The notes: generated by a model not told the origin, from the sequence alone. 63,961 nucleotides of DNA, filler included, from Octopus bimaculoides (GCF_001194135.2; 9 parts of 8 records of this genome joined end to end with filler, not necessarily neighbours in it), one strand, 5' to 3'. Counted from the first letter of the whole stretch, positions 38,266 through 52,689 are shown. Numbers and translations are program-made.

Positions 38266-38770
38266 TACGAAATGGTATCAAAAAAGTTTCCGTAGCGCGC
38301 CAATAGATGACAGCACGTTCGCATTCGCACTGGGAGCTCGAAGTGGCCTTTATAAGGCAATGTGCCGAGTGACATCGCTGTGTTTACTTAGCAAGTTGTA
38401 AAATTTGTGATTACGTGTTTGCTATAGTCTGCGATTTTTGTCATGGGCAGGAATTTGGGTAATTTTTCAGATTAACACCCGAACGATCTTCACTAGGGTG
38501 TTGGGGTTACGGTTACGGACGGAATTCCCTAACCCAAACCCTAAAACCCTAACCCTGACTCTAAAACCCTAACCCTAACACCCTAGTGAAGATCGTGCGG
38601 GTGCTAATATGAAAAATTACCGGAATTTGGAACAAAATGCCAACGTGAAACATTTGCGTTGAACTTGGAAAGTCCGCTGCAGAGATGTTGAGCATGCTTC
38701 GGCAAGCTTACGACGACCAGGCAATGGGCCGTACGCAATGTTTCGAGTGGGAAGAGCCGTTCAGAAGCGG
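38266..38770 (+). mobile_element. Mariner 5' fragment interrupted by a MITE
   Basis: TACGAAATGGTATCAAAAAAGTT TIR; after removing the insert the sequence reads MGRNLEQNANVK...ELGKSAAEMLSMLRQAYDDQAMGRTQCFEW. Confidence 0.8.
38458..38621. mobile_element. 164-bp MITE with ~45-bp TIRs, 8-bp TSD and internal telomere-like repeats (Merlin-like)
   Basis: TIR GGTAATTTTTCAKATTARCACCCGMACGATCTTCACTAGGGTGTT; perfect TSD GGAATTTG at 38450-38457 and 38622-38629; internal AACCCT-like repeats. Confidence 0.85.
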
Positions 38771-39178
38771 TGTCTGTGTGTGTTTATAAACTCACGTTGG
38801 CAGTTTGATTTAAATATATTTGAACTTTCAAGTTTTGTTTATATTTTGATAGTTTGTTTTTTGTGAGATATCTTCGAAGTCTGTCAGTAACGACTGCCAT
38901 GCTCGTTAAAGTAATTATTTATTTAATTATAATGTTGCAAATACTATTAACCCACAGAATTTCGCAAAAAAAAAACAAACAAAAAAAACATTTCTGTCTA
39001 GTTGTCAACCTAGTGTCTGCTGAAGATATTAACCTAATCTCTCTGCCTTAAAAAACAAATTGAAGTCTAAATAATCTGTTATAGTCCTGAAAGAAAGGAA
39101 AAAAGATCGGGCAGTTGAGCCGGGGACATCTTTGCTTAATCAGTTGTTGGATCACAGCTGACCTCAGCCTAAATAACT

Positions 39179-39752
39179 CTTATACAAGCGCTCACCCACA
39201 CCCCTGTGTGTATGTATAAATGCACGTATATAAAAATATATCTACACATGTATGCACCCTTCGACTTTGTTTCCTCATAACTTTCAGAAAAAACGGCTGC
39301 TTTTTAATGAAATGTTCTCCAAATACCAGAGAGTGTAGATTCCAGTTAGATCGGAATTTTATGGGGAGGAAAAATGGGTGTGCACACATACTGACATACA
39401 TCACATATATATCTACAAAATATTAAGCTTCATTTTGTAATATAGTATTTGTGTGCGCGCGCCCAACAATCTTTTACATTGAATCCCGTTTATACACGCA
39501 CACACACACACATATATAATATATATATAGCATGTCTACAGAAGTGTCTCCTATCCGACTTTGTTTCCTCATAACTGGATATTTTTAATGAAATTTTCTA
39601 CAAAAACGTTGCAGATGAAGTAGGTACCGATTATATTAGAATCTACACCATCTGAAACGCATATGTAGAAAATTCCATTTAAAAAAAAATCTATTTTTTC
39701 TTAAAATTATGAGGAAACAAAGTCGGTGGTGGGAGGGGCACACTTGTATAAG
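39179..39752. mobile_element. MITE with CTTATACAAG termini and repeated CGACTTTGTTTCCTCATAA subterminal motif
   Basis: Inverted ends; related copy at ~34450-34815. Confidence 0.55.
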
Positions 39753-40377
39753 TTTGTTTTTGAATCATGTCATCTGAGGTGATTTCAGTGACGTCTTTCA
39801 AAAGACTTGTTCTAGATTGTTGATGGCTAAGGCAAGAAAGCATCTTAGGATGTTGGTGTCAAGGGCTTCGATTTGGACATTTAAAGCAGATATAAAATTT
39901 TTTGGTCGTCATAGTCTTTTCATATTTGAGATGTCAGCAGAATAAACTTCAAAACTTTGGTTTCTAAGGTTAAAGTTTGGGATATATAGCTAGATATAAA
40001 TAATGAAATAGCTAAAGCAAACCTTTATCCTGAGCTAATATCAATTGTAATGATTCTAATGATTTCTGTTTGATTTAAAAAATGTGTTGGCTGAGAATAG
40101 AGAGGAGCGTTCGTCCATGACAGGCAAACGGACTTTTGCTTCCAGAACAAAAGTTCAACATTTTATATTCTTAATTTTGCATGACTAAAAGAAGCGCTGC
40201 AAGTTTTTCTGGTGTTCACAGGTTAAAATATATTTTGGTGTCTTCTATGGCGACACTCGGATTTTCAAAAACAGCTTTTAAATTCCCAAAATGGAATTGA
40301 AGATTTTGAGCTTGTGTTTTCCTTGATATTTTACACTGTTGGTTCAAATTTCGACTTAGAGTTTATCCACCTTGGCC

Positions 40378-40590
40378 TTTTATTCTTATTTCCTTATTGC
40401 CCACAGGGGGCTAAACACAGAGGGGACAAATAAGGACAGACAAAGGGATTAAGTCGATTACATCGACCCCGAAAGGATGAAAGGCAAAGTCGACCTCGGC
40501 GGAATTTGAACTCAGAACGTAACGGAAGACGAAATACTGCTATGTATTTCGCCCGGCGTGCTAACGATTCTGCCAGCTCGCCGCCTTTGG
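40378..40590 (-). mobile_element. SINE family A
   Basis: Near-consensus reverse copy. Confidence 0.85.
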
Positions 40591-40908
40591 CCTGTTATTC
40601 CGATATGGCCAGTATTAGAATTGACAGCCCAAAAATCCGTTTATAAAAATAATAGAAGCGGGATGACTAAAAAAGAAAAATCACAGTTTTGGCTGAGAAC
40701 CAAGACGTAACGGGGGATGGGGGTGGGCTTTAGATTTTNNNNNNNNNNNNNNNNNNNNNNNNNNNNNNNNNNNNNNNNNNNNTTAATTAATTAANNNNNN
40801 NNNNNNNNNNNNNNNNNNNNNNNNNNNNNNNNNNNNNNACCTTCGTCCTGTCTTTGTCCTTATATGTCTTTAATTGATATTAGCCCTTGTGGCCAATAAA
40901 ACGAATTA

Positions 40909-40977
<69 letters not shown>

Positions 40978-41279
40978 TTTCATATGCACACAACAGATTA
41001 GACTGTTGTAAAAGAACAAATCCTAACATCAGGCTACAGCAAGCAACCTTAGCTGCCAAGTATCCTAACTGTCCCTAATAACACTGTTTTCTGGAGCTGT
41101 ACTAAAATGAGTTTTATGCTTATTTCCTCTATCTATCTGTTCAATTTTTTAGGGATAGTTCCCAATGCATCTGTAACTACTAGGATTCATTTTACCAGCA
41201 CTTTGCATAGTCTCTGTCATTCAATGGCTGGTTCCTGCTACTTTGCTATTTTTTTATGCCTCTCATATTATTGTTGAGT

Positions 41280-41763
41280 GAGAAAGCAGTGCATGCCATC
41301 AAAGTGACACGGGAGTAAAATATACGAAGCCCAGTATACCCATCATAATTACCCATCTGATAAGGGTACACCAGGCATCTGCATCGCAACCATATGTGCG
41401 CGTCATTGTGATCTCATATCAAGGTAAACAGCGCATGACCTTGGGGTGGGGTGAATAGCCCATCCCGCTCGAAAGTTCTCCGAATAAGTGTTGTTTAGGG
41501 ATGTTGAACGACTCACCCATGTTTCCAAAGGTGAATTATTCAAATCCCAAAGAATTCCTCACAACACATGGCTGTGATGCTCACCCACTAATTCTGCTTG
41601 TGATCAGAGATGTGCATATCGTCAACCACTAAGGGACATGCTCGACTGGTTATGGTCAAACAACTGACAAGTAAATCTGTGGTATTGAGCAGATTTTTGC
41701 TGTAGCCCATCTTTTATACCAAGACAAAACAATGTACATGACAACACTTCCCTGCATCAGGGA

Positions 41764-41770
<7 letters not shown>
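41280..41770 (-). mobile_element. Family F non-coding repeat
   Basis: Reverse complement of 3219-3720, again starting at an (AAT)n tract. Confidence 0.75.
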
Positions 41771-41839
<69 letters not shown>

Positions 41840-42269
41840 NNNNNNNNNNNNNNNNNNNNNNNNNNNNNNNNNNNNNNNNNNNNTTAATTAATTAANNNNN
41901 NNNNNNNNNNNNNNNNNNNNNNNNNNNNNNNNNNNNNNNTTGCAATCATCTCATTTAATTATCACATGTTAACACCTCTTATCTTTTTTTTCTCTGATAT
42001 CTGTGCTAAACCTATGACATGGTATGGTGCCCTCACCGCTAGACTTCACTAATCAACATTCCACTCATTCTTTTGCTTAATTCCGATGTCAACCAAGTTG
42101 GTCATCAACAAACTTGACACAAACTCATGTCACACCACTTGGAGTAGGATCAACACACACCTGTTATTTTTGTCAAACGTTGCTGCTTTTAATCTTTGAT
42201 TTTAATTATGCAACTCACAGTTCACCAGAATTTCATCCTGATTCAGGAAATATTTAAAGACACCTTAAT

Positions 42270-43560
42270 GAAATAGTCTTCTTTTCTGGTGAGCAATCAT
42301 TAGTTCTACACAGGTGAAACAGAAAGTGATAACAGGTATCCTAAAACTCTGTATACTTACACAAAACATCTTTAATGACACACAAATGTTTATACACAGA
42401 TTAATGCAAAGGAAAAATATCTGAAATGGTAGAAAAGAAGTGATATTCAAGAATATATAATCAAGATGGTGATATAGATCAAACTTCAAGCACCAAATCT
42501 TGTTTTTGCCCAGAAGTTTTGATTTGGCAATTGCTTATTACCCATCCTCGCTTTCTGCAATACCATCAATGCCTCTACTCTTACTGGACAATGTGGTATT
42601 GTAGCATCGTCCTCAACTTACTTGTTAACTTTTGGCATAGTTTCTAAGGATATTTTGAACTTTACCTGCTTCTGTTGACCTTTGACAAATGTCAGACTGC
42701 ATCAAGTATTTGCCTTAAACTGCATTCTTGACCAAGTAATTAGTCCATCCAGAACTATTTGCATATACATTTGATCTCTTCTTAGTATTGTTATGTCATC
42801 CATGAATGCCTTGTTAAGTGATTTCCCTTGAGTAATTTCTTCTGATAAATCTGTTGATCCCCATAACAAGCATAATCCAAGTGACTGGTTTTGGGCAATC
42901 TANNNNNNNNNNTCTACTCTTACTGGACAATGTGGTATTGTAGCATCGTCCTCAACTTACTTGTTAACTTTTGGCATAGTTTCTAAGGATATTTTGAACT
43001 TTACCTGCTTCTGTTGACCTTTGACAAATGTCAGACTGCATCAAGTATTTGCCTTAAACTGCATTCTTGACCAAGTAATTAGTCCATCCAGAACTATTTG
43101 CATATACATTTGATCTCTTCTTAGTATTGTTATGTCATCCATGAATGCCTTGTTAAGTGATTTCCCTTGAGTAATTTCTTCTGATAAATCTGTTGATCCC
43201 CATAACAAGCATAATCCAAGTGACTGGTTTTGGGCAATCTACAGTTATTCTAGTTTCAATGTTGGAGACATGAAGCTCTTTTTCTAGTGCTTTTGCCACA
43301 TTAAAATGTACCCAGGACTCTTTATAAAGTAGTTGGTGTTACGAAAGGCATACCACCATAGAAAAGGTGGAATGTTTCAGGGAGATGTGTTTCTCAAGCA
43401 ATCGAGGTGGACAGTAATTCTGAAGAAGAACTGACATGGACAGTGACCACCCATCCAATTCGATGATGAAGACAATATAATCGATTGCATTGTATCTTGC
43501 ACCCAATCTTGAGGAGAAAGAGAGAACAATTGTCTCAGCAGCAGACCAAAGTCTCCTACT
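42270..43560 (-). pseudogene. Decayed HERO-like RLE non-LTR reverse transcriptase fragment
   Basis: KAFMDDITIL...LITWSRMQFK and SKLLGKNKIWCLKFDLYHHL resemble AFMDD...W.RM.FK and LPGK.K.WC.Q.G..PRL. Confidence 0.6.
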
Positions 43561-45299
43561 GGGATAAAGACAATGTTTAGGGATGTAATGATAGATTTAC
43601 AATCAGTGAAAAAAAGACAGGGTGTTCATACTTGTAACCATTTTCATCTTAGTCATTTTGTTAAAAAAGACCACCAACAACAACAATTAGGGAACTTATT
43701 AAAATGCACAACAAACAAGCTCTGTCATTAACTCATCTGTTTACCTTTAAACAACAAATTGTTTTACTTCTTTCATTCCAAAGACAATATTAATTCTATT
43801 GTGTTTTCTTATTTAGCCATTTTACCAACAACGCCAACACTGCTGGACATTTTATTAAATTTCAAATCAGTAAAATCAAGGGGCCGCTGCTTGTAGATGC
43901 ATAGAGAGTAAGGGAGAGAATAAGAGAGGGAGAGAGAGAGTAAGAGAGAGNNNNNNNNNNNNNNNNNNNNNNNNNNNNNNNNNNNNNNNNNNNNTTAATT
44001 AATTAANNNNNNNNNNNNNNNNNNNNNNNNNNNNNNNNNNNNNNNNNNNNATTCCCTCTGTCCCTCCAACACTTTTTACGGAAAAGGCCGATGTGATGTA
44101 AATAAACACACGTGGGTTAAGTGATAGCTTTGGCACTGGTATCGTAAGATCGCCTTTTACCCATTTATATTGTGTAATTTACTGACAAATTGTTACATAC
44201 CTCTTTGTTTCATTGTTGTTAAATAAATGGATTGTCAGTAAACATTTGTCTTCAGCGTGAAATATAAACAAAACTCTTTTGCTCCCAAAGTAGTATGTGA
44301 GTGTGTGTGTGTGTGAGAGTGAGGGGGGGGGGAGAAAGATGAATGATTTATAATAAATAAATGATTTAAAATATATTTTAATTGTTGTGTGAGAAAGTAT
44401 ATATAATCTCATTATAAAATATAGTGTCTTTCAAAAACATCCTATATTTGAAACTATATCTCATGTTTAAGAAAAAAAAATCTACATTTTCATTTTTCAT
44501 GAACGCTGACACTGTCTTACTTACTCCCCTCTCCCACTATTTCTTTCGTTAGACGCTTTCTGTCTCCCTCTCCCACTTTTTCTTTACTTTTTTTTTGTTA
44601 GACGCTGGCAAACAATCTGTAACTCTCCCTCACTCCCCCTCTCACACATACATCACAATTTGTCTCTCTCCTTCAGGTGCATACACACACTTTGACTTTG
44701 CCATGTTAGCAAACTTCAAAATTGGTAAAAGTTATGGTTGAAAATCGATTTTTACAGCTATACGCGGGTGCCTCTGAGAAAAAAAGTTGACGGAAATGCA
44801 GATGGGTCATGATGAATGTCCTCCTAAAATTGGAGCGACATTTGTAGATGTGCATAAACTACATTCATGTACACACACACACACATCCTGCCTTTTATAT
44901 ATATACAGATATAGATATGTGTGTGTGTGTATATATATATGTGTGTATATATATATCCAACGGGTTTCTTTGTTTCCATCTTACCAAATCCACTCACAAG
45001 GCTTTGGTTGGCCTGAGGCTATAGTAGNNNNNNNNNNNNNNNNNNNNNNNNNNNNNNNNNNNNNNNNNNNNNNNNNNNNNNNNNNNNNNNNNNNNNNNNN
45101 NNNNNNNNNNNNNNNNNNNNNNNNNNNGTGAGAAGACCTGGCAAGCCAAGTGAGACCAAAATCCAAGGCCTCTGCCATGGATGTAGTCATCCCACTTACG
45201 CGTAACATTCCTACATTGGACACTATACTCTGCTTGCGAAGACATGGTGAGGCAAGTGAAATTGGAATCGAACTAAATTTGTTGGAACACTAAACTTGG

Positions 45300-45950
45300 C
45301 TTGCGAAGACCTGTTGGGACAAGCGAAAGCGAAATCGAGGTGGCACTTGTACCAATGTGGCACGTAAATAGCACCAGCGTGATCGTTACCGTCACCTTCC
45401 TGGCACTTTTGTCATTGGCACGTGAAAAGACACTCGATCAAGATCGTTCGTTGCCTTCCTGGCACTTGTGCCCGTTGCATGTGAAAAGACATTCAAGCAA
45501 GCTCGTTGCCAGTGCCGATGGGCTGGCACTTATGCAGGTGACATGTAAAATACACCATTTCGGGCTTGGCCGTTGATCGCTACCGACGTCGCTTCCCTGC
45601 CACTTGTGCCAGCGGCACGTGAAAAGGCATTCAAGCGAGATTGTTGCCAGTGCCGATGGACTGGCTCCTGTGAAGGTGGCACGTAAAATACACCATTTTG
45701 AGCGTGGCCGTTGCCAGTACTGCCTGACTGGCCCTCATGCCAGTGGCATGTAAAACACCCACTACACTCTTGGAGTGGTTGGCGTATGGAAGGGCACCCA
45801 GCTGTAGAAACTCTGCCAAATCAGATTGGAGCCTGGTGTTGCCTCCTGGTCCACCAGTCCTCAGTCAAATCGTCCAACCCATGCTAGCATGGAAAGCGGA
45901 TGTTAAACGACAACAATGACGACGATGATTATGATGATGATGATGATGAT
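45300..45950 (+). mobile_element. RTE-tail family D copy with internal tandem subrepeats
   Basis: Repeated GTTGCCAGTGCCGATGG...GGTGGCACGTAAAATACACCATTT...GTGGCC and TGGCACTTGTGCC...GTGAAAAG units before the standard tail. Confidence 0.65.
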
Positions 45951-45965
45951 ATATATGTATGTATG

Positions 45966-46378
45966 TATGTATGTATAGGCGTAGGAGTGGCTGTGTGGTA
46001 AGTAGCTAGCTTACCAACCATATGGTTATGGGTTCCTTCCCACTGTGTGGCACCTTCGGCAAGTATCTTTTACTATAGCCTTGAGCCGAACAAAGCCTTG
46101 TGAGTTGATTTGCTAGACTGAAACTGAAAGAAGCCCATTGTATATATGTATATATACATATATATATGTATGTGTGTGTCTGTATTTGTCCCCCCAACAT
46201 AGTTTGACAACCGATGCTGGTGACTTTACGTCCCCATAACTTAGCGGTTCAGCAAAAGAGACCGATAGAGCAAGTACTAGGCATCCAATGAATAAGTCCT
46301 GGGTTCGATTTGCTCGACTAAAGGTGGTGCTCCAGCATGGCCACAGTGAAATGACTGAAACAAGTAAAAGAGTAAAAG
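45966..46378 (+). mobile_element. SINE family B, full length
   Basis: Head, internal microsatellite and tail all present. Confidence 0.85.
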
Positions 46379-46379
46379 A

Positions 46380-46442
<63 letters not shown>

Positions 46443-46639
46443 TAAGAATTTAAGGATTGGAGAAAACACATGTTATAATTGCATACTTTATTCCTACATA
46501 TGTTTCAAAGGATTACAACCTGTGTGATCCATANNNNNNNNNNNNNNNNNNNNNNNNNNNNNNNNNNNNNNNNNNNNTTAATTAATTAANNNNNNNNNNN
46601 NNNNNNNNNNNNNNNNNNNNNNNNNNNNNNNNNATATAT

Positions 46640-46865
46640 ATATGCATATATTTATGTGTGCGTGTTTGTCCCACCATCATCACTTGACAACCGATGTTGG
46701 TGTGTTTTACGTTCCCGTAACTTAGCGGTTCGGTAAAAGTGACCTATAGAATAAGTACTAGGCTTATAAATAATAAATCCTGGGGTTGATTTATTCGACT
46801 AAAAACCCCTTAAAGGCGGTGCTCCAGCATGGCTGCATTCAAATGACTGAAACAAGTAAAAGAAT
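46640..46865 (+). mobile_element. SINE family B tail
   Basis: CCCGTAACTTAGCGGTTCGG...CAGCATGGCTGC-TTCAAATGACTGAAACAAGTAAAAG. Confidence 0.8.
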
Positions 46866-47574
46866 GAAAAAAAAAAAGAATATTTTTTATAATTAATTAT
46901 TATTATGAACTGTATAACAAAAAATGTTAAAGTATTTTGTGCATTGTACACATATAACCAATTTATTGCACATAAACTTTATCTGCAAAATCTTGTGTGG
47001 ACCTCCTAGGGCCATGTGGATTCCGAAGGGCATGTGGACCCCAGTTGAATACCACGGTTCAAAATTATAGGTATTAGCCATATTCCTTACTACTTCGTAG
47101 CTAAACAGGTAAATGGAGGATGTATGAGGAAGGCTTTATAGATGCTGGTTGTAGTGGTTTGGTAGTACCTGTACTGGTCTGGTTGTAGCCACTTCTTATT
47201 AGGTATCTACTATACGGGTCAAGTTGGGTGAAGCGGTGGTATGGTGCTCATGCAACTCAGTGACTACTCGTTTGCAGGTTATGATCAAGGCGAAAGGTGG
47301 TCATTTTGAAATGTAATTACTGCAATGGCTTGACAAATTTCATTATCCTACCTTAAGTTTATTTTGAATAATGAAGAAATAACAATAGGTAAATCTTTCT
47401 GGGACACCTCGTATGAAGAAGACTATATAAATGTTAGTTGTAGTGGTCTGGTAGTGTTTGTATTGGTTTGGTTGTAACCACTGCTCATTAGTGTAACAGT
47501 GTAAACGGAGATAGAATGGAATAGTAGTGAATATAGGTACATATTGGTATCAGTAATAAAATATTAGTCTTAAA

Positions 47575-47775
47575 TTTATTTTGGCACAACGCCAGCAATT
47601 TCGGGGGGAGCGGGGTAAATCGATTACATCAACCTCGGTGATCAACTGGTACTCATTTTATCTATCTGGATTGAATGCAAGGCAAAGTCAACCTCGGTGG
47701 AATTTGGACTGTGAAAGTAAAGACGGACGAAATGCCACTAAGGATTTTGCTTGGCGCGGCAGCGATTCTGCTAAC
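47575..47775 (-). mobile_element. SINE family A
   Basis: Reverse copy. Confidence 0.7.
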
Positions 47776-48386
47776 TCGCAGCCTTTATTTGTAATAGAAT
47801 ATTTTAATAGTTTTATGATGTAGCACTGCTATGGTGATGGCGCTAATTCTGTGATAACTGTAATTGGAAAAAAAAAAACTCGTACTCTCACTGAGAGACT
47901 AAAATTTGTGTAACGGGTCTAGAAAGTGAGGCAGTGATACAGCAAATAGAAACGAATTCTTAGTATCAATAGGATATTACCTATTGCACAGTGTGTACTG
48001 GACATTATTGTCTGTTTTACAGTATCTGCAGACATTAATCGTTGTACAGTCCATACTAGACATTAACCGTTGAACTGTATGTTTGTTATTTTAGTATGTT
48101 TATGAGTTGGTACTGTTTGCTACTTTATCTCTAGTATCGCTGTAATGAGAGCAGTAAGCGGCAGAGGAAATAGGGACTGGGGTTTGAATCGATTCCAACT
48201 CACGTGTGTTTCACTTACCCTTTATATATATACATACAAAACGATTCTGAAAAAGGTATAACTGTTATAAAATCTACTTCTTCCCCCTCTATAGAGTCAA
48301 AAGAAGTCAAACAATGTTATCGACTTCCCACTAAGTAAGAACTAAGTACTCAGTCTTATTTTTCTATATTGCTGTGATAAAAGGGG

Positions 48387-48388
<2 letters not shown>

Positions 48389-48425
<37 letters not shown>

Positions 48426-48525
48426 GCTAGTGCTGGTGCTGGTGCTGCTGCTGCTGCTACTACTACTACTACTACTACAAATAATAATGATTAATAATAA
48501 TAATAAGGATGATGATGCTGGTTAT

Positions 48526-48591
<66 letters not shown>

Positions 48592-48603
48592 AATAATAAT
48601 AAT
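48389..48603. repeat. Compound (CTA)n/(CTG)n/(AAC)n microsatellite
   Basis: Direct reading. Confidence 0.9.
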
Positions 48604-50229
48604 GAAAGATCTAATCAAAATATATAGATAAAAATACTTGCCGACTCCATTACCCATGTGCTTGTTTGGGATCAAATATTCCTTCAAGACGATTCTTCAT
48701 ATAAAAAAGAAAAAGAAAAAAAATGTCTGAAAAAAAAACAGGAACAGGAGAAAAAGGAAGGAAAATGTTTTCAAAGAACTCATATAATAAACATAAATAA
48801 TGGTTATTGGATTGTATTTCTTTTGTCTCCTCTTTCTTCCTCGTGGTTTTCCTTTTTCTCTCCCAGTTCTTCATCATTTCATAAGATACGTGGTAATTAT
48901 TGTTTTTTTTCTCATTATATTGTGTGTGTGTGTATGTGAGTATATGTGTGTGTGTGTGTGTATTTCATAAGGATGAGGGTGCAGACGATGTTGCTTTGGT
49001 ACCAACAAACGAGTCTTGCAAATCGATCGTCTGTCTCAGTGAATTCATATATCGAGAACGACGTTGACACGCAAACGTTACTGTTCGCCATCTTTGATTT
49101 ATTAATCGTGTTTATATCCACTTAATGTCTTGGAGAACTGTTTACGTCGAGTAAACGCGAAATAAAAGGAAAACACATACGTACGCACACACACGCAAAC
49201 ACACACACCCACACCCACACCCACACAAAGACACATACACTCAATCATACATAATATGCCTACATATACACATAAATATCTACACATACATTTCTTTATA
49301 TATATATATACATATATAAATATAGAAGAGAGAGAATGTTATATTAAATCTGTGTTTGTGTATGCGTGTATATATATATATATATATATNNNNNNNNNNN
49401 NNNNNNNNNNNNNNNNNNNNNNNNNNNNNNNNNNNNNNNNNNNNNNNNNNNNNNNNNNNNNNNNNNNNNNNNNNNNNNNNNNNNNNNNNNNNNNNNNNNN
49501 NNNNNNNNNNNNNNNNNNNNNNNNNNNNNNNNNNNNNNNNNNNNNNNNNNNNNNNNNNNNNNNNNNNNNNNNNNNNNNNNNNNNNNNNNNNNNNNNNNNN
49601 NNNNNNNNNNNNNNNNNNNNNNNNNNNNNNNNNNNNNNNNNNNNNNNNNNNNNNNNNNNNNNNNNNNNNNNNNNNNNNNNNNNNNNNNNNNNNNNNNNNN
49701 NNNNNNNNNNNNNNNNNNNNNNNNNNNNNNNNNNNNNNNNNNNNNNNNNNNNNNNNNNNNNNNNNNNNNNNNNNNNNNNNNNNNNNNNNNNNNNNNNNNN
49801 NNNNNNNNNNNNNNNNNNNNNNNNNNNNNNNNNNNNNNNNNNNNNNNNNNNNNNNNNNNNNNNNNNNNNNNNNNNNNNNNNNNNNNNNNNNNNNNNNNNN
49901 NNNNNNNNNNNNNNNNNNNNNNNNNNNNGCAACAACCACACGCGCGACATACATACTATCAATGTATATTATATATATATAATATATGCATATAAAACAA
50001 ACAAACGCACACACACACACACACACACACAACACACACACACACACACACGCACGCACACACACCCACACATACACACGCACAAACACACACATGCACA
50101 CATGTATGTATATATTACCCACGAGTCAGAATATTTAGGCCTTTATCAAGTTTAGTTATCAATTTTTCTCAACAAAAGTTTGTGTTCATGTATGTGTATG
50201 TGTTGCGCACGCGTGTATATGAATGTGAA

Positions 50230-50263
<34 letters not shown>

Positions 50264-50435
50264 TTTGTGTGTGTGTGTGTGTGTGTGTGCGTTCGTATCC
50301 CAATCCTTTATTGACTTGGGTTTTGTTTTATTTCTATATTTACTTCCAGATTTATCTAACAATCTATCTTAGTCTTTTATCATTTATAGGAAAAAATAGC
50401 AAAAGCCTCAACAATGATGATGATGATAATAATAA

Positions 50436-50542
<107 letters not shown>

Positions 50543-51813
50543 GTGGTAATAAGAATATTAATGATAATAATAACAGTAATAACCACAGCTACAATAAATA
50601 CAATAACAATAATAATNNNNNNNNNNNNNNNNNNNNNNNNNNNNNNNNNNNNNNNNNNNNNNNNNNNNNNNNNNNNNNNNNNNNNNNNNNNNNNNNNNNN
50701 NNNNNNNNNNNNNNNNNNNNNNNNNNNNNNNNNNNNNNNNNNNNNNNNNNNNNNNNNNNNNNNNNNNNNNNNNNNNNNNNNNNNNNNNNNNNNNNNNNNN
50801 NNNNNNNNNNNNNNNNNNNNNNNNNNNNNNNNNNNNNNNNNNNNNNNNNNNNNNNNNNNNNNNNNNNNNNNNNNNNNNNNNNNNNNNNNNNNNNNNNNNN
50901 NNNNNNNNNNNNNNNNNNNNNNNNNNNNNNNNNNNNNNNNNNNNNNNNNNNNNNNNNNNNNNNNNNNNNNNNNNNNNNNNNNNNNNNNNNNNNNNNNNNN
51001 NNNNNNNNNNNNNNNNNNNNNNNNNNNNNNNNNNNNNNNNNNNNNNNNNNNNNNNNNNNNNNNNNNNNNNNNNNNNNNNNNNNNNNNNNNNNNNNNNNNN
51101 NNNNNNNNNNNNNNNNNNNNNNNNNNNNNNNNNNNNNNNNNNNNNNNNNNNNNNNNNNNNNNNNNNNNNNNNNNNNNNNNNNNNNNNNNNNNNNNNNNNN
51201 NNNNNNNNNNNNNNNNNNNNNNNNNNNNNNNNNNNNNNNNNNNNNNNNNNNNNNNNNNNNNNNNNNNNNNNNNNNNNNNNNNNNNNNNNNNNNNNNNNNN
51301 NNNNNNNNNNNNNNNNNNNNNNNNNNNNNNNNNNNNNNNNNNNNNNNNNNNNNNNNNNNNNNNNNNNNNNNNNNNNNNNNNNNNNNNNNNNNNNNNNNNN
51401 NNNNNNNNNNNNNNNNNNNNCACCACCACCACCACCACCACCACCACCACCACCACCATTTGTTTTGTTAAATGTTCTACGGAAAATGGCATAAAGCGGC
51501 TGGGCTGAGAAAAAGGACTAACAAACAAACGGTTTTCGTCGAATGTAATATACGGAAGAGGAAGAGGAAGGGCAGGCGAAGGAAGCGTTGCTTAATATAT
51601 TGTTGTTGTTGGAATTGTTGTTGGTGGTGGTGGTAGTGGTAGTGGTGGTGACGGCGGTGTCGTTGTTGCTGGATCATTCCATTTGTTTTTACATCGTGGT
51701 GTGTGGGGAGACGGTGAGCGGACGTAAAACAAGGAGTTCCTTACAAATAATACAGATACCCACGTATCTGTATCTTTATGTATTCATCTGTATGTATATT
51801 TACACACACACAC

Positions 51814-51863
<50 letters not shown>

Positions 51864-51894
51864 CTACATGTGTGTATGTATGTTTGTGTATATA

Positions 51895-52520
51895 TCTTTT
51901 ATCGTTCACTTGTTTCAGTCATTAGACTGCGGCCACACCGGATCATCACCTAAAAGATCTTTAGTCGAATGAATTGACCTCAGTACTTAATTTTATTTAA
52001 GCCTGGTATTTATTCTATCGGTAATTCTTTTGCCGAATTGCTATGTTACGGGGACACAAACACACCAACAACGGTCGTCAAGCACTTGCGAGACACATAC
52101 ACACACACACACACACACACAAATACGCACACACACGCACACATACACACATACGCACACACACACACATACATTTATATATAGTTCAAATTTAAAGAAA
52201 AACAAAAGACGAAGGCAGGTGTATCAACAACAAGCACGTGTATTAGTTTCACGCTCGAGAAAAATGAAAAATTCGTTTACGTTTCGAACCTACGCTCTTC
52301 AATAGANNNNNNNNNNAGAGTAAAAAAACTTGCAGATTTCAGCGGTCCAGCATATCGCGGGCTTCTTTCACTTTCCTTCTACCAAATCCATTCACAAATC
52401 TTTGGCCGGTCCGAAGGTATAGCAAAAAAAAAAAAAAACCCCCACAAAATCAAGTTGTCACGCGGCGAGCCTGAACCTGGAACTGTGTGATTGGAAAGCA
52501 AGCATTCTACCACACAACCA
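51895..52520 (-). mobile_element. SINE family B pieces (tail 51895-52090, head 52355-52520)
   Basis: Reverse-complement matches to family B. Confidence 0.7.
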
Positions 52521-52689
52521 CGCTTGAGTAGTTTTGTAATTCTTGCCCCAGATATGATCTTCATAGTGAAGATCTCCCCCCTTACATTATCACTATGTCA
52601 CTGGAACTATGTTTACTTCTAGTGTTTCTTCTGCATACACTATGTTAGAAGATGTTTATTCTGTTGATATTGGTGTGGCTGTTTAGGTT

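Noticed and set aside
42575-43242. Exact ~330-bp tandem duplication
   Set aside because: The copies are separated by a 10-N gap and appear identical, typical of an unmerged contig overlap.
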